Assembly (NCBI GenBank): GCA_963833575.1
Contig: CAWHXY010000004.1
Location: forward strand, 160,001 to 224,000
DNA: 64,000 nt
Direction of reading: 5' to 3'
Origin: Candidatus Bathyarchaeota archaeon
GTDB lineage: Archaea > Thermoproteota > Bathyarchaeia > Bathyarchaeales > Bathycorpusculaceae
In this document: positions 20,336 through 30,600 of the stretch, one piece after another
Layout of the letters: every line of letters begins with the position of its first letter
Numbering within the stretch: the stretch's first letter is position 1
Program-made: the position numbers and the translations under genes
The notes under the pieces: generated by a model
Seen by the model: the letters and a program-made list of their open reading frames with translations, nothing else
What the model was told of the DNA's origin: nothing
The model's database searches: none

Positions 20336-21316
20336 TTAGGTGGGCGCGTGAAAACGGTTTTTTTGAACCCGACAGACTGCCAAGGCTATCCAGAGATTCA
20401 AGTCCTTATCTTTACCCCTAACAAGATGTACATTCCAAAAACTGTTTTCGTTTTGTGCGTTGATGAGCCAATCAATGGCTTTTTTGATTTGTAGGTCTTG
20501 CATTTTGAAGCCCAGAAGCGACAAAGAATCTAGAGATGACAAAATGTCTGTGAACCAGAATGGATAGGAGAATTTTGTCCAGAAAACAATAGTTCCTCGG
20601 TCTGGATAAGCGTCTTTTTTGAAAAATCTTGAGGCTAAGAGTTTTCCAGCGGCTTTTGCTTCGTCGATTTGGCGATATTTGGGGTGAGCGGCAAATGCGC
20701 GTAGCACAACGCCTGTCACGAGGTGTGAGAAAGGTTTTGTTCTGTCTGGCTGAGTTGTTTCTGCCTGAAACAGAAAATCATTAATTTTCACGTTTCTTGT
20801 TCGACTAGGTATTGCCCATCCACCATCATTCTGCCTGATAGAAAGGAGCCAACGGAAAGCGTTCTCAACCCGAACATCGCTCTGGTAACCCGATTTTATG
20901 AGAAGCTCCATAATCGCGGCGGTGTAGTTTGGAGAATACTGGTTTCCATATATTCCTCTAAAATCTCCTTCTTCTGTTTGGAAGCTAAACAGGAACTCAG
21001 CTGCATTTCGAAGGGCATTGTGTGAGTTTGTGAAGCCGTATTTTTCCACGAGTTCTCCGACGACTCGGTAAGTTTCTATCTGATTATAGTTCTGCTGGCT
21101 ACGAATGTTTAATTTTGCTCCTGGATATCTCCATGAACCGTCAGGCTGTTGATTACCCACAATCATATTGATTATAGGTAGTTTCCAGAGAGTCTCTATC
21201 GTGTTGACTTTTTCGTTTTGCAGGTCACGCTTTGTAAAGAACACTAGTGCTGGATTCTTTGACGATAGCAACGTATGCAACGGGTCGTACCTTAAAAGGC
21301 TCTGCCATTTCTCCAA
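20336..21316 (-). CDS. Prenyltransferase/squalene-cyclase-repeat (alpha-alpha toroid) protein
   Basis: QW-like repeats QQPDGSW, FQTEEGDF, RQNDGGW, AQNENSFW. Confidence 0.65.
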   Translation of the reverse strand: MEKWQSLLRYDPLHTLLSSKNPALVFFTKRDLQNEKVNTIETLWKLPIINMIVGNQQPDGSWRYPGAKLNIRSQQNYNQIETYRVVGELVEKYGFTNSHNALRNAAEFLFSFQTEEGDFRGIYGNQYSPNYTAAIMELLIKSGYQSDVRVENAFRWLLSIRQNDGGWAIPSRTRNVKINDFLFQAETTQPDRTKPFSHLVTGVVLRAFAAHPKYRQIDEAKAAGKLLASRFFKKDAYPDRGTIVFWTKFSYPFWFTDILSSLDSLSLLGFKMQDLQIKKAIDWLINAQNENSFWNVHLVRGKDKDLNLWIALAVCRVQKNRFHAPT

Positions 21317-21448
21317 AGCAATTTCCCAGTTTCATCACTGCTTAAAGCGTTTATATCATTTTTCTAAAACTTGCCGCTATAGATTGATTTAAGCAATCCA
21401 AATTGTGTTTCCACCGCAGGTTTATAAAAGAAAAAATAGATCTTGTGG

Positions 21449-22216
21449 TTATGCTGCCATTTTCTTAAGCGATCTCAAACTCCACAGGAACACAAGAGTT
21501 GCCATTACACCAATGATGACAAAGCCCTCCACTACTCCTAGGCTTGTGAAGTTACCAGAGAATAAGTCTCTGGTAGCGTCAACTGCGTAGGAGAATGGGT
21601 TGATTTTGGATAGGTCTTGGAGCCAGATTGGTGCAAGTGCAAGTGGAAGTATGATTCCGGATAGCAGAGAAACAGGCAGTGTAATTGTGTTTAGGGTAGG
21701 GGCGAGGGCGTCTTCTATTTTGTATATCAATGCAAATCCGTAGGAAACAGAAGCCATTGTGATTCCGACTAAAGCGTATAGCAATAGTGAGAGCAGAAAG
21801 CCAGCTGCGTTTACATTTAGTCCGAAAGGAATAGCAACTAAAGTAATTAATGTGCATTGAAGCAAAAGGATAACTGCGTCTCTTAGAACTCTGCCAAGTA
21901 GAATTGATGAACGTGTTACTGGGGTAACCAAAAACCGTTCAATAACTCCTGTTCGGATATCGTCAATAAGTGAGAAGCCAACAAAGGCTGTGCCAAAGAG
22001 CGCTTCCAGAACCAACAGTCCTGGAATAAACTCATCTACCGCTTTCCCAGCAGGAATTCCAGGAACAGAACCCAAACCATTTAGCAACGGCATAAACAGA
22101 AGCAGGTACATCAGCGGCTGGAACATGCTTACAAAAATGAAAACGGGCGTCCGAAGCGTATGCTGCAAATTACGAATAAACATTAATTTAGTATCGTGCA
22201 AAAATTTCATGCTCAT
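21449..22216 (-). CDS. ABC-2 type permease (DrrB-like)
   Basis: About 6 TM; GVIERFLVTP, PIWLQ..SKINPFSYAVDA.R. Confidence 0.9.
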   Translation of the reverse strand: MSMKFLHDTKLMFIRNLQHTLRTPVFIFVSMFQPLMYLLLFMPLLNGLGSVPGIPAGKAVDEFIPGLLVLEALFGTAFVGFSLIDDIRTGVIERFLVTPVTRSSILLGRVLRDAVILLLQCTLITLVAIPFGLNVNAAGFLLSLLLYALVGITMASVSYGFALIYKIEDALAPTLNTITLPVSLLSGIILPLALAPIWLQDLSKINPFSYAVDATRDLFSGNFTSLGVVEGFVIIGVMATLVFLWSLRSLKKMAA

Positions 22217-23208
22217 TTTATTAGATCCTCCCTCAGTGAACGCCCAGTGTATTTCAGGAAAACATCGTCGAGGCTGGGTCTGGATAAAGTGACGGTTTGC
22301 GCTTCCAAGTTTTTTGCATCTAGCGAACGCAAAAGGTCAGCAATTTTTCCTTCGCCATCCCTAATAGTTAAGTGAACCGTGTTGTTGATGGTTTGAATTT
22401 TTTCTGCCTGAATGTTCTCGGTTAAGAGAATTTGGGCTTTCTTCGCGGTTTCCTCAGATTGAAAACTAAACACTATCGTGTCACCGCCTACACTGATCTT
22501 TAATTCTTCGGGCGTTCCCGTGACTATGATTTCTCCGTTATCAATAATCGCTATTGTGTCACAGAGTTTGTCCGCTTCATCCATATATTGAGTAGTTAAG
22601 AAAATAGTAACGCCATCAGCTTTTAGTTTTTTTATTTCTCCCCACAGATAGGCTCTACTTTGCGGATCAAGCCCTGTTGTCGGCTCGTCAAGAAGTAGCA
22701 GTTGGGGATGATGAATCATTCCAAGCGCAATATCTAAACGGCGTTTTTGACCCCCAGAGTAAGTCTGTGCAGTTCTGGCTATAAATGAGACCATTTGGAA
22801 GCGGTCTGCAAATTCAGCAGCGTCTTTCTTTGCCTTTGCAGAATCCACTCCATACAGTTGAGCTTGCAACACGAGGTTTTCTGTACCTGTTGAACCCAAG
22901 TCTGCTCCACCTGCTTGACTAACACATCCAACGTTCTGTCGGATCTTTTCTTGCTGTTCTGCCAAATCAAATCCCAGAACTTTAGCTTCTCCGCCAGTTG
23001 GACACAGCAAAGTGGAGAGCATTTTTTGTGTCGTCGATTTGCCGGCGCCATTTGGACCAAGAAAACCAAAAATTTCTCCTTTCCTAACAGTAAGATCTAT
23101 GCTTTTTACTGCTTCGACCTCTTTTTTGCCGCTTCCCTTTCCACCCCTCTCCTTAGAAATGAAAACTTTGCGAAGACCTTTAGTCTCTATCACCAAATCG
23201 CCGCTCAC
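22213..23208 (-). CDS. ABC transporter ATP-binding protein (DrrA-like)
   Basis: GPNGAGKST, YSGGQKRRL, LDEPTTGLDP, PSLDDVF. Confidence 0.92.
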   Translation of the reverse strand: MSGDLVIETKGLRKVFISKERGGKGSGKKEVEAVKSIDLTVRKGEIFGFLGPNGAGKSTTQKMLSTLLCPTGGEAKVLGFDLAEQQEKIRQNVGCVSQAGGADLGSTGTENLVLQAQLYGVDSAKAKKDAAEFADRFQMVSFIARTAQTYSGGQKRRLDIALGMIHHPQLLLLDEPTTGLDPQSRAYLWGEIKKLKADGVTIFLTTQYMDEADKLCDTIAIIDNGEIIVTGTPEELKISVGGDTIVFSFQSEETAKKAQILLTENIQAEKIQTINNTVHLTIRDGEGKIADLLRSLDAKNLEAQTVTLSRPSLDDVFLKYTGRSLREDLIK

Positions 23209-23434
23209 AACAAATCACCAATATACAATGCGTTTAATTCTTTGACTCGAACCGCTACCAAAAAGACCTATATAAGAATTCTGACGCTTTAGCATGTTTA
23301 ACCTTTTGTGATGAAATTCGGAGAGCTCCTGCTTTGCCCTAAAATAAGTGCATACTCAAAAATGTGACTGCAACAGTACACTAGCATACTGATATTAGGT
23401 TCCAGAGGGTTCTTGAGGCAGAGGCGAAATCGGA

Positions 23435-23830
23435 ATGTCTCTTGATGAGAACAAAGCTGTGGTTCGTCAATTTATCACAAATGTCTTGATTGGCCACGAT
23501 GTCGACATGGTTGACAAATTGGTTGCGGTGAATTATGTGAACCGCAGCATGGGCAATTCGGGTAAAGCTGCCTTTAAAGCGATGATTTCCGCTATGAAAT
23601 CTGCATCGATTGTATCAGATATTGAAATCGAGGATCTGATTGCTGAAGGTGACTCGGTTGTTTTCCGTGGCAGATTAGCTGCGACTCCTGCGAATGGGAC
23701 CAAAGTCATCGCGAGAGGTATGACTTTTTATCGTCTTGCGAACGGGAAGATTGTTGAAGATGATCCTGTGTTTGTTCCGGATCTTTCTCAGATACTTGGT
23801 AACATTATGCCGCCAAAGTCTGGTCCATAA
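23435..23830 (+). CDS. SnoaL-like/ester cyclase (NTF2 fold)
   Basis: ENKAVVRQF, EDLIAEGDSVV, FYRLANGKIVE. Confidence 0.85.
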   Translation: MSLDENKAVVRQFITNVLIGHDVDMVDKLVAVNYVNRSMGNSGKAAFKAMISAMKSASIVSDIEIEDLIAEGDSVVFRGRLAATPANGTKVIARGMTFYRLANGKIVEDDPVFVPDLSQILGNIMPPKSGP

Positions 23831-24035
23831 GCTTGCTAATTTGAGAATTACCCACAAATTAATCTAAAAATAATTCAAAGCAATCAAATCTACTTCTGAA
23901 ACTAAACAAGTATATTGTTGAAGTTGTAGTTGTTTGCTCACAGTCACACATCTTAAAATAATCTCTGCCAAGTTAATGCTAACTATACCTGAAAGTCGTA
24001 AAATCGAGAAATGATTAGGTTAGGATGAAAAACGA

Positions 24036-24740
24036 ATGAAAGATATTATGAATATTTTTCTTGAAGCTGGAACGTTCAGGATGTTTGTTTCAGCAGTTCA
24101 AGCAGCAGACTTAGTTGATACCCTTAGAGACGGGGTTTTCACGGTTTTTGCACCAAATGATGAAGCATTTAACAAACTTCCCAAAGGCGTATTCGACGAT
24201 CTTCTAAAGAACCCACCACAGTTAACCGCCGTTCTAATGTATCACATAGTTGCTGGAAAACATAGAATTAACGAAATCAGTAAAATGGAAAGTGCCAAGA
24301 CAATTCAAGGCCAAGAAGTTAAAATTGACGGGCATAAATGGCATCTTCATGTAAACCCAAAAATCAATGACGCGAACATAACAAATTACAACTTAGTAGC
24401 AGACAACGGCGTAATTCATGTTATAGATAAAGTGCTTATGCCAAATATGGAGCTAACATGCCCCGTGTGCGGAATGGGCTTCATGTCCATGGAAGCTTTG
24501 AATACACACACCAAAATGGGACATGACACTGAGAAAGAATCAGAGCCAACGCCTGAAAATTTGCCCGTGGTCCAAAAAGCTGCTGTACCAATGTCTGGCA
24601 TTTCATCTCAAGAAACACCGCTGAGAGGTTTAGAACCTAACCAAGTCAAATGCCCCGACTGTGGCAGAACCTTCAAGAGCCACTCAGAAATGGATAGACA
24701 CAGAGACACCACACACCACGAAACAAAAGGACACCAATAA
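24036..24740 (+). CDS. Fasciclin (FAS1) domain fused to two C2H2 zinc fingers
   Basis: FTVFAPNDEAF, LMYHIV, NGVIHVIDKVL; CPVC-x12-H-x4-H and CPDC-x12-H-x4-H. Confidence 0.85.
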   Translation: MKDIMNIFLEAGTFRMFVSAVQAADLVDTLRDGVFTVFAPNDEAFNKLPKGVFDDLLKNPPQLTAVLMYHIVAGKHRINEISKMESAKTIQGQEVKIDGHKWHLHVNPKINDANITNYNLVADNGVIHVIDKVLMPNMELTCPVCGMGFMSMEALNTHTKMGHDTEKESEPTPENLPVVQKAAVPMSGISSQETPLRGLEPNQVKCPDCGRTFKSHSEMDRHRDTTHHETKGHQ

Positions 24741-24956
24741 TACTATTTGAGATCTGAATCCTAATTGAACGTCTTCTTCTGAATATTTTATCAGGTATTC
24801 TCCATCCTTGGTATGGGTACCAATACATAGTTGGTAGGTATTTCGAGGTTCAGCCAAACTACAAAACTTGCTTATCGTTCAATATTATAGTGTTTTCTAA
24901 ATGAGAAATTTTAAAAGCTCATTTTGATTAGGTAAGAGCCACGAATTTCTCGAGGA

Positions 24957-26231
24957 TTGACAGGAATGAAGAAAATATTAAGTGTGGTTTTTTTGGGACT
25001 TTTGTGTTTCTCGATGTTTTCGATTTTCGCTCCAAAAGCAGTAGCTCAGCAATCGGCTGTGGATTGGTGGCCTACTTTCCGTCATGACCTAACTCTTAGC
25101 GGTTATTCAACTTCGACAGGCCCTGTCACAAATACACTCTTGTGGAGTTATAAGACTGGTAATTTGGTGGATTATTCTTCAGCTGCTGTCATAAACGGCG
25201 TGGTTTATGTTGGCTCAAATGATCACTACGTCTATGCTTTGAACGCTGCCAATGGCGCTTATGTATGGAGTTACAAGACTGGTGGTTCAGTGGATTCTTC
25301 CCCAACCGTTGAGAGCGGCGTTGTTTACGTTGGCTCAGAGGATCACAACATCTATGCTTTGAATGCAACTACAGGAGGTAAAATATGGAGTTTTGGAACG
25401 GGTGATAAGGTAGAGTCTTCGCCTGCGGTTGTCAATGGGGTAGTCTATGTGGGTTCAGACGACAACAAAGTTTATGCTTTAAATGCTGTAAATGGTCTCA
25501 AAATTTGGAGTTATGGCACAGGCGGCGCTGTAGATTCATCTCCCGCAGTTGTCGACAATGTGGTTTACATTGGTTCAGAGGATAACAATGTGTATGCTTT
25601 GAACACTGCAAGCGGTAGTAAAATATGGAGTTATGGAACCGGCGATCAAGTAGATTCTTCACCTGCAGTTGTCAACGGAGTAGTGTATATCGGCTCAGAT
25701 GACTACAATGTCTATGCTTTGAATGCTGCAACCGGCAGTAAAATATGGAGTTTTGGCACAGGCTACTATGTGGCTTCTTCTCCTGCAGTGGCAAACGGAG
25801 TGGTTTACATTGGCTCACAAGACAACAATGTGTATGCTTTAAACGCTACGAGTGGCAGCAAGTTATGGAGCTATTCTACAAGCGACGAAGTTGAATCTTC
25901 TCCAGCAGTGGCAAATGGCATCGTCTACGTAGGCTCAGACGACAACAACGTGTACGCCTTAAACGCCACATCCGGCACCACCTTGTGGACTTATGGAACA
26001 GGCAATCTTGTAGATTCCTCTCCAGCAGTTGCCAACGGAGTAGTTTACATCGGCTCAAACGACAACAACGTATATGCCTTTGGATCAGTTACGGCTACTC
26101 AACCATCCCCTCCTTCAGTTCCAGAGTTTCCAAGACAAATACTCGCGCTGTTATTGGCTGCAATTGTATTATGTACTGCATTTGCCTTTGTTACCACAAG
26201 AAAAAGAAGGAAACCAAGAAAAATTCTGTAA
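24957..26231 (+). CDS. Secreted PQQ/BamB-like beta-propeller with PEF-CTERM-like sorting signal
   Basis: Signal peptide; eight ~40-aa repeats (SSPAV.NGVVY.GS.D..VYALNA..G..IWS); VPEFP + TM + RKRRK. Confidence 0.9.
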   Translation: MTGMKKILSVVFLGLLCFSMFSIFAPKAVAQQSAVDWWPTFRHDLTLSGYSTSTGPVTNTLLWSYKTGNLVDYSSAAVINGVVYVGSNDHYVYALNAANGAYVWSYKTGGSVDSSPTVESGVVYVGSEDHNIYALNATTGGKIWSFGTGDKVESSPAVVNGVVYVGSDDNKVYALNAVNGLKIWSYGTGGAVDSSPAVVDNVVYIGSEDNNVYALNTASGSKIWSYGTGDQVDSSPAVVNGVVYIGSDDYNVYALNAATGSKIWSFGTGYYVASSPAVANGVVYIGSQDNNVYALNATSGSKLWSYSTSDEVESSPAVANGIVYVGSDDNNVYALNATSGTTLWTYGTGNLVDSSPAVANGVVYIGSNDNNVYAFGSVTATQPSPPSVPEFPRQILALLLAAIVLCTAFAFVTTRKRRKPRKIL

Positions 26232-26316
26232 CGATAGCAATAAAATAAATCATTAATACGCCCAAAGGCAAGTTATTAATAATTCCCTCGCATTCTTTTA
26301 GGGTGGATGTGAGTTT

Positions 26317-26952
26317 TTGTCAAGTCCCTTTGATGCAGTACGCTCTTTACATAATGCGTTTCGAACCGATATTTTACAAATTGATAATTTAACTCTAAAA
26401 ACAGCGAGAGACGGAGGAAACTTTACCCCCGTTTTTGATCGTTTACATGTTATTGGGGAGATTTTGGATTATCACGCTCAAGGTGAGGAGGCAGCTGTTT
26501 TTCCGGCCGTTGACAAGTTGGCGCCTCTTGTAGCTAGAGCTTATTTTCTGGATCATCGGGAACTTGACTTAATGGTCAATGGGTTGGAATCAATGAGAAA
26601 TATGCCTGATCCACTGGCAACAGCTAGGGCGACAGCAGTTCTGGGTTCGCATCTTCGGATTCATCTAAACAAGGAAGACGCTCATCTCTATCCAATACTC
26701 AGGGAACGAACGTCAATTCCTGAACAAGCTGCTATTGCTGGTCAAATGTCAAGGAAAGTCCCCGCAGACAAATTTCCCATCTTAATACAGTGGCTGTTCC
26801 CCTTGCTTAACCTTGAAGACCAAACCGTGATTACAAACGTGTGGATGAATGCAATGCCTCCACAGGTTTTTGAAGGTGTTAAACTGCTAATTCAAAAGGC
26901 TATTCCTAACAGTTGGATCGAATTGACTCAGAAAATTCCACAACTCCTCTAA
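26317..26952 (+). CDS. Hemerythrin-like (HHE) domain protein
   Basis: LHNAFR, HAQGEE..VFP, DH, HLNKED.HLYP. Confidence 0.85.
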   Translation: MSSPFDAVRSLHNAFRTDILQIDNLTLKTARDGGNFTPVFDRLHVIGEILDYHAQGEEAAVFPAVDKLAPLVARAYFLDHRELDLMVNGLESMRNMPDPLATARATAVLGSHLRIHLNKEDAHLYPILRERTSIPEQAAIAGQMSRKVPADKFPILIQWLFPLLNLEDQTVITNVWMNAMPPQVFEGVKLLIQKAIPNSWIELTQKIPQLL

Positions 26953-26974
26953 AAATAAATCGAGCAATATGGCG

Positions 26975-27095
26975 ACCCTAAAGCAAAGGCTTTAACTAAA
27001 AGAACGATCCAGGAATGACAATTTGTTCTCACTGTGGAATCAAAAATAAACCAGATACCGTTGCTTATGTTAATTGTGAATCAGCATTAACATAG
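26975..27095 (+). pseudogene. Degraded copy of the 3' end of the PH/zinc-ribbon gene (19849-20313)
   Basis: MTICSHCGIKNKPDTVAYVNCESALT* versus MIICSYCGTKNTPDASKCINCGATLT*; both end ...TTAACATAGAGA. Confidence 0.75.
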
Positions 27096-27230
27096 AGATA
27101 CTGTTTTTTTCCAAGTAATTTCAGGGTTGTGTCACTAGAATCAATTGGTTTGTTTGTTTGAAGTGTTGTTTTGTGTTGGGAATATTAAAATATTAGTTAG
27201 AAAAGCTAATTGTTAGAAGATGCAATTAAT

Positions 27231-27692
27231 ATGACTTTATCTCCACAAGAAGCAGCACATCAATTACTTGAAGTAATCCCCGTCGTCATGAGAGAAATAC
27301 GATCAGAAATGCGTAGCCGAAGATCACCCGACCTAACAGTTCCCCAGTTCCGCACCCTATCTTTCGTAAACCGAAACGTCGGATCCTCACTCTTGGAAGT
27401 AGCAAACCATCTTGGCTTAACTCCACCCTCAACATCCAGACTAGTCGACGGGCTAATTTATCGCAACATGATGACAAGAGAAGACCATCCGGGCGACAGA
27501 AGAAGAGTAAAACTAACCGTAACTCGTCTTGGACAACAGATCTTGGAAGCCTCACGTCAAGACGCGTTAAGGTATTTGTCTGCAAAACTAAGCAACATTA
27601 ACGCTGACGACAGAGAAGCCATCGTTAAAGCCATGAACATTTTGCAGCCTATCTTCACAAGCGGCGCAAAAACCAGAATGGGGCTAAAGTAA
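27231..27692 (+). CDS. MarR-family transcriptional regulator
   Basis: LTVPQFRTL, SRLVDGL, DRRRVKLTVT..G. Confidence 0.9.
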   Translation: MTLSPQEAAHQLLEVIPVVMREIRSEMRSRRSPDLTVPQFRTLSFVNRNVGSSLLEVANHLGLTPPSTSRLVDGLIYRNMMTREDHPGDRRRVKLTVTRLGQQILEASRQDALRYLSAKLSNINADDREAIVKAMNILQPIFTSGAKTRMGLK

Positions 27693-28489
27693 TGTTTATC
27701 TTAACAACAGAGCATCTTACCCGCCGCTTCAAAGATTTAACTGCGGTTGATGACCTGACGATATCCGTTGAAGAAGGAGAAATCTTCGGTCTCCTCGGCC
27801 CGAACGGCGCGGGCAAATCGACCGCAATCAAAATGATAACCACCCTTTTGCCCCCGACCTCTGGACGCGTAAGTGTCGGCGGTTTCGATTTAGCGCATGA
27901 CGCAAACAAGATCAGAAGATTGATCGGTTACGTGCCCCAAATCCTCTCAGCTGACGGAACACTCACAGCCCGCGAAAACCTCACCGTCTTCGCTAGCCTA
28001 TATGACATTCCAAGAAAGGAACGTCCCAAAAGAATCGCCGAGTCGTTGGCGTTAATGGAGCTCACAGAAGCCTCGGATAAACTTGTGAAAAATTATTCAG
28101 GCGGCATGATTAGACGATTAGAAATAGCACAATCAATGCTTCATCAACCCAAAGTTCTATTCTTAGATGAGCCAACCATAGGTCTTGACCCAGTTGGGCG
28201 CAAAGCAGTTTGGGACCACATCCAAAAACTGCGTGACAACTTTGGAACAACCATTTTTCTAACAACGCATTACATGGAAGAAGCAGACAAACTGTGCTCC
28301 AGAGTTGCGATTATGCATTTAGGAAAATTAGCTGTTGTCGGTGTACCCGCCGATTTGAAGATGTCTCTACATTTAGACAATGCGACACTTGAAGATGTTT
28401 TTACACATTACACTGGAGGCGCACTCGATCGAGGAGACAGTTACCGAGAAGCAAGAGCAACAAGACGAACAGCGAAGAGGCTCGGATAA
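27692..28489 (+). CDS. ABC transporter ATP-binding protein (DrrA-like)
   Basis: GPNGAGKST, YSGGMIRRLEIA, LDEPTIGLDP. Confidence 0.92.
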   Translation: MFILTTEHLTRRFKDLTAVDDLTISVEEGEIFGLLGPNGAGKSTAIKMITTLLPPTSGRVSVGGFDLAHDANKIRRLIGYVPQILSADGTLTARENLTVFASLYDIPRKERPKRIAESLALMELTEASDKLVKNYSGGMIRRLEIAQSMLHQPKVLFLDEPTIGLDPVGRKAVWDHIQKLRDNFGTTIFLTTHYMEEADKLCSRVAIMHLGKLAVVGVPADLKMSLHLDNATLEDVFTHYTGGALDRGDSYREARATRRTAKRLG

Positions 28490-28490
28490 A

Positions 28491-29297
28491 ATGTCCACAG
28501 ACAAATTGAAGACCACATTCAGCTCTGTAAGCTGTTTCTTTAGTAAAACTTTGAGTATAGCGGCAATGGATGTTCGGAAACTTCGACATGACCCAGCAGA
28601 GTTGATAACCCGAGCAGTGCAACCAGCACTTTGGCTACTGGTCTTCGGAGAAGTCTTCACTAGAGTACACCTCATACCGACAGGTAATCTGTCTTATTTA
28701 TCCTTCATGGCACCTGGAATTTTAGCTCAAAGCGTACTTTTCATAGCCATATTCTTCGGCATAACCGTTATCTGGGAACGCGACCTAGGCATTATCCATA
28801 AGTTCTTGGTCAGCCCTACTCCTCGAGAAGCATTAGTTCTTGGAAAAGCCCTATCCGCAGGAGTCCGCGCTCTCTCTCAAGTGGTCATCATTTATGTTTT
28901 GGCCGTTTTGATTGGTGTTGGAATTAATTGGAACCCGATAAATTTAACATTGGTCGCAGTAGTCGCAGTCATAGCTTCAGCAGCGTTCTCTACATTTTCG
29001 CTAATCATAGCTTCCGTCGTGAAGACACGAGAACGTTTCATGGGGATAGGTCAGATCTTAACGATGCCGCTGTTTTTTGCAAGCAACGCTATTTACCCGC
29101 TGTCCATGATGCCCAGTTGGCTGCAAGCGGTGGCACAGGTTAATCCACTCACATACACCGTGGATGCTCTACGAGGACTAATGATCGTCGGAGGAACCAG
29201 CGTCTACGGTGTCGGTTTAGATATGCTTGTACTATTCGTTAGCATGACCGCCCTGATAATAATCGGAGCTAAACTCTATCCAAAAGTCATTGTTTAA
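28491..29297 (+). CDS. ABC-2 type permease
   Basis: IWERDLG..HKFLVSP, FASNAIYP, NPLTY.VDALR; ATG 28491 follows the ATPase stop. Confidence 0.9.
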   Translation: MSTDKLKTTFSSVSCFFSKTLSIAAMDVRKLRHDPAELITRAVQPALWLLVFGEVFTRVHLIPTGNLSYLSFMAPGILAQSVLFIAIFFGITVIWERDLGIIHKFLVSPTPREALVLGKALSAGVRALSQVVIIYVLAVLIGVGINWNPINLTLVAVVAVIASAAFSTFSLIIASVVKTRERFMGIGQILTMPLFFASNAIYPLSMMPSWLQAVAQVNPLTYTVDALRGLMIVGGTSVYGVGLDMLVLFVSMTALIIIGAKLYPKVIV

Positions 29298-29503
29298 GAC
29301 CCCATCTCGTATGCATCATTGTGTTGCGGCACTGTCAACAGGAAAGTCTTGCTAAAAACTCTCAAAGTGTTTTTGCTATGCTGAGCTTTTTCCATGATTA
29401 ACAACAGGTTTGCTTCTGGTAACCCTGTTTTCCCTTTCTTAATGACACTGCAAAAGTATTGCTGGCTGAATTTCAGCGTTCATTTCAACGGGGTGCACAC
29501 TTT

Positions 29504-30283
29504 TCAAGTGCTGTTTTTGCCCGGTAGCTTTTCAATCTCTAAACTAGCAGTGTATTCACGATCTTTTGGCTGATTCTTATCTTTCTCTTTTTCAAACGTG
29601 ATTGTGGTTTTCCAACCCAGGTGTTCTGCTGCAAGCTGCAAGTGGCAAATAGCAATACCCATGTTGACAGGGAAATAGCTGCCGCCGACGATGTTTCTAA
29701 GAAAGCCAGGTTTAGAAGAATAGGCATGAATCAAATTCTTATCTCCGGTGAAGTACCAGTTCTGTAAATTAACTGCTGAAGGAGCTAGACGGGCTGGTTC
29801 CAACAATTCATCGGCGCCTTCAATATTGGTTATCTCCGAGAGATGTTTCCTCTTAAACTGCGAAACACTGGTCCTGTATAGTGTTTCCTTTGAATTTCCA
29901 AATGACATCAAAATGATAAATTCAAGATTTGAAGACTCTGTTACTTCTTTAGTGGGTTGAGGAATGCCCAGCCAGCAGCTGCCTATGCCCGTCGCTGAAA
30001 AATAAAGATCCAGTTGCTGTAACATAAAACCGATGTTGGCCTTGTAAGTGTCTTTTGCTTCGGCGAATGCTGCTATATAATAGGGTGCTTTGTTCATAGT
30101 TTTTCTGGTTACTTGATCTGGCGAAATAATCTTGAACTCTGTCTTAATTCCCGCGGACATTGGCTTTAAAGTCTGCAAACTCTTGGAAATCTCTTCGAGA
30201 CGATTTTGATCAATAGGAGCTGAATCATAATTCCTAATTGATTTTCTCTTGAAAATCGTTTCGTACAGATCAGTCTCATTCAT
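29504..30283 (-). CDS. Nitroreductase family protein (two-domain)
   Basis: IFKRKSIRNY, GIGSCWLG, ARLAPSAVNLQNW; start at MNETDLY. Confidence 0.85.
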   Translation of the reverse strand: MNETDLYETIFKRKSIRNYDSAPIDQNRLEEISKSLQTLKPMSAGIKTEFKIISPDQVTRKTMNKAPYYIAAFAEAKDTYKANIGFMLQQLDLYFSATGIGSCWLGIPQPTKEVTESSNLEFIILMSFGNSKETLYRTSVSQFKRKHLSEITNIEGADELLEPARLAPSAVNLQNWYFTGDKNLIHAYSSKPGFLRNIVGGSYFPVNMGIAICHLQLAAEHLGWKTTITFEKEKDKNQPKDREYTASLEIEKLPGKNST

Positions 30284-30465
30284 TTTCTCACACAGAATAA
30301 TCACAGATTGACTGCTAGTAAAAGCTTCCCCTGTGGAGTGTATTCCGGAAATAGCATGGTCTAACAGGGATTTCGGTGGTTGACCTGAGATATTTTGTTG
30401 GAGACCAATGGACATGTTTAAGATTTATTTTGCTGGCAAATTTGGGCTAGTCAAAGGATATGTCT

Positions 30466-30595
30466 CTAATGCTTTCCTGCATATTTTCTGTCGAATTGTT
30501 TGCGTTCTTCTAAATTAGCCGCACCTTAAATTGCTCAGTTTTTTCGCCGTTTCTATATCTTGACTTTCGTCTTGGCGTTTCTGATCTTTAGTCAA
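30466..30595 (-). pseudogene. Remnant 1 of the repeated mobile-element gene (FRVWLNSEE family)
   Basis: Frameshifted QDIETAKK-EQFKVR-NLEERKQFDRKY. Confidence 0.7.
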
Positions 30596-30600
30596 TGTAG

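Noticed and set aside
25140-26080. 120-nt periodic repeats as a CRISPR array or DGR template/variable repeats
   Set aside because: They are in-frame beta-propeller blades with mostly synonymous or conservative differences; no reverse transcriptase is in the window.
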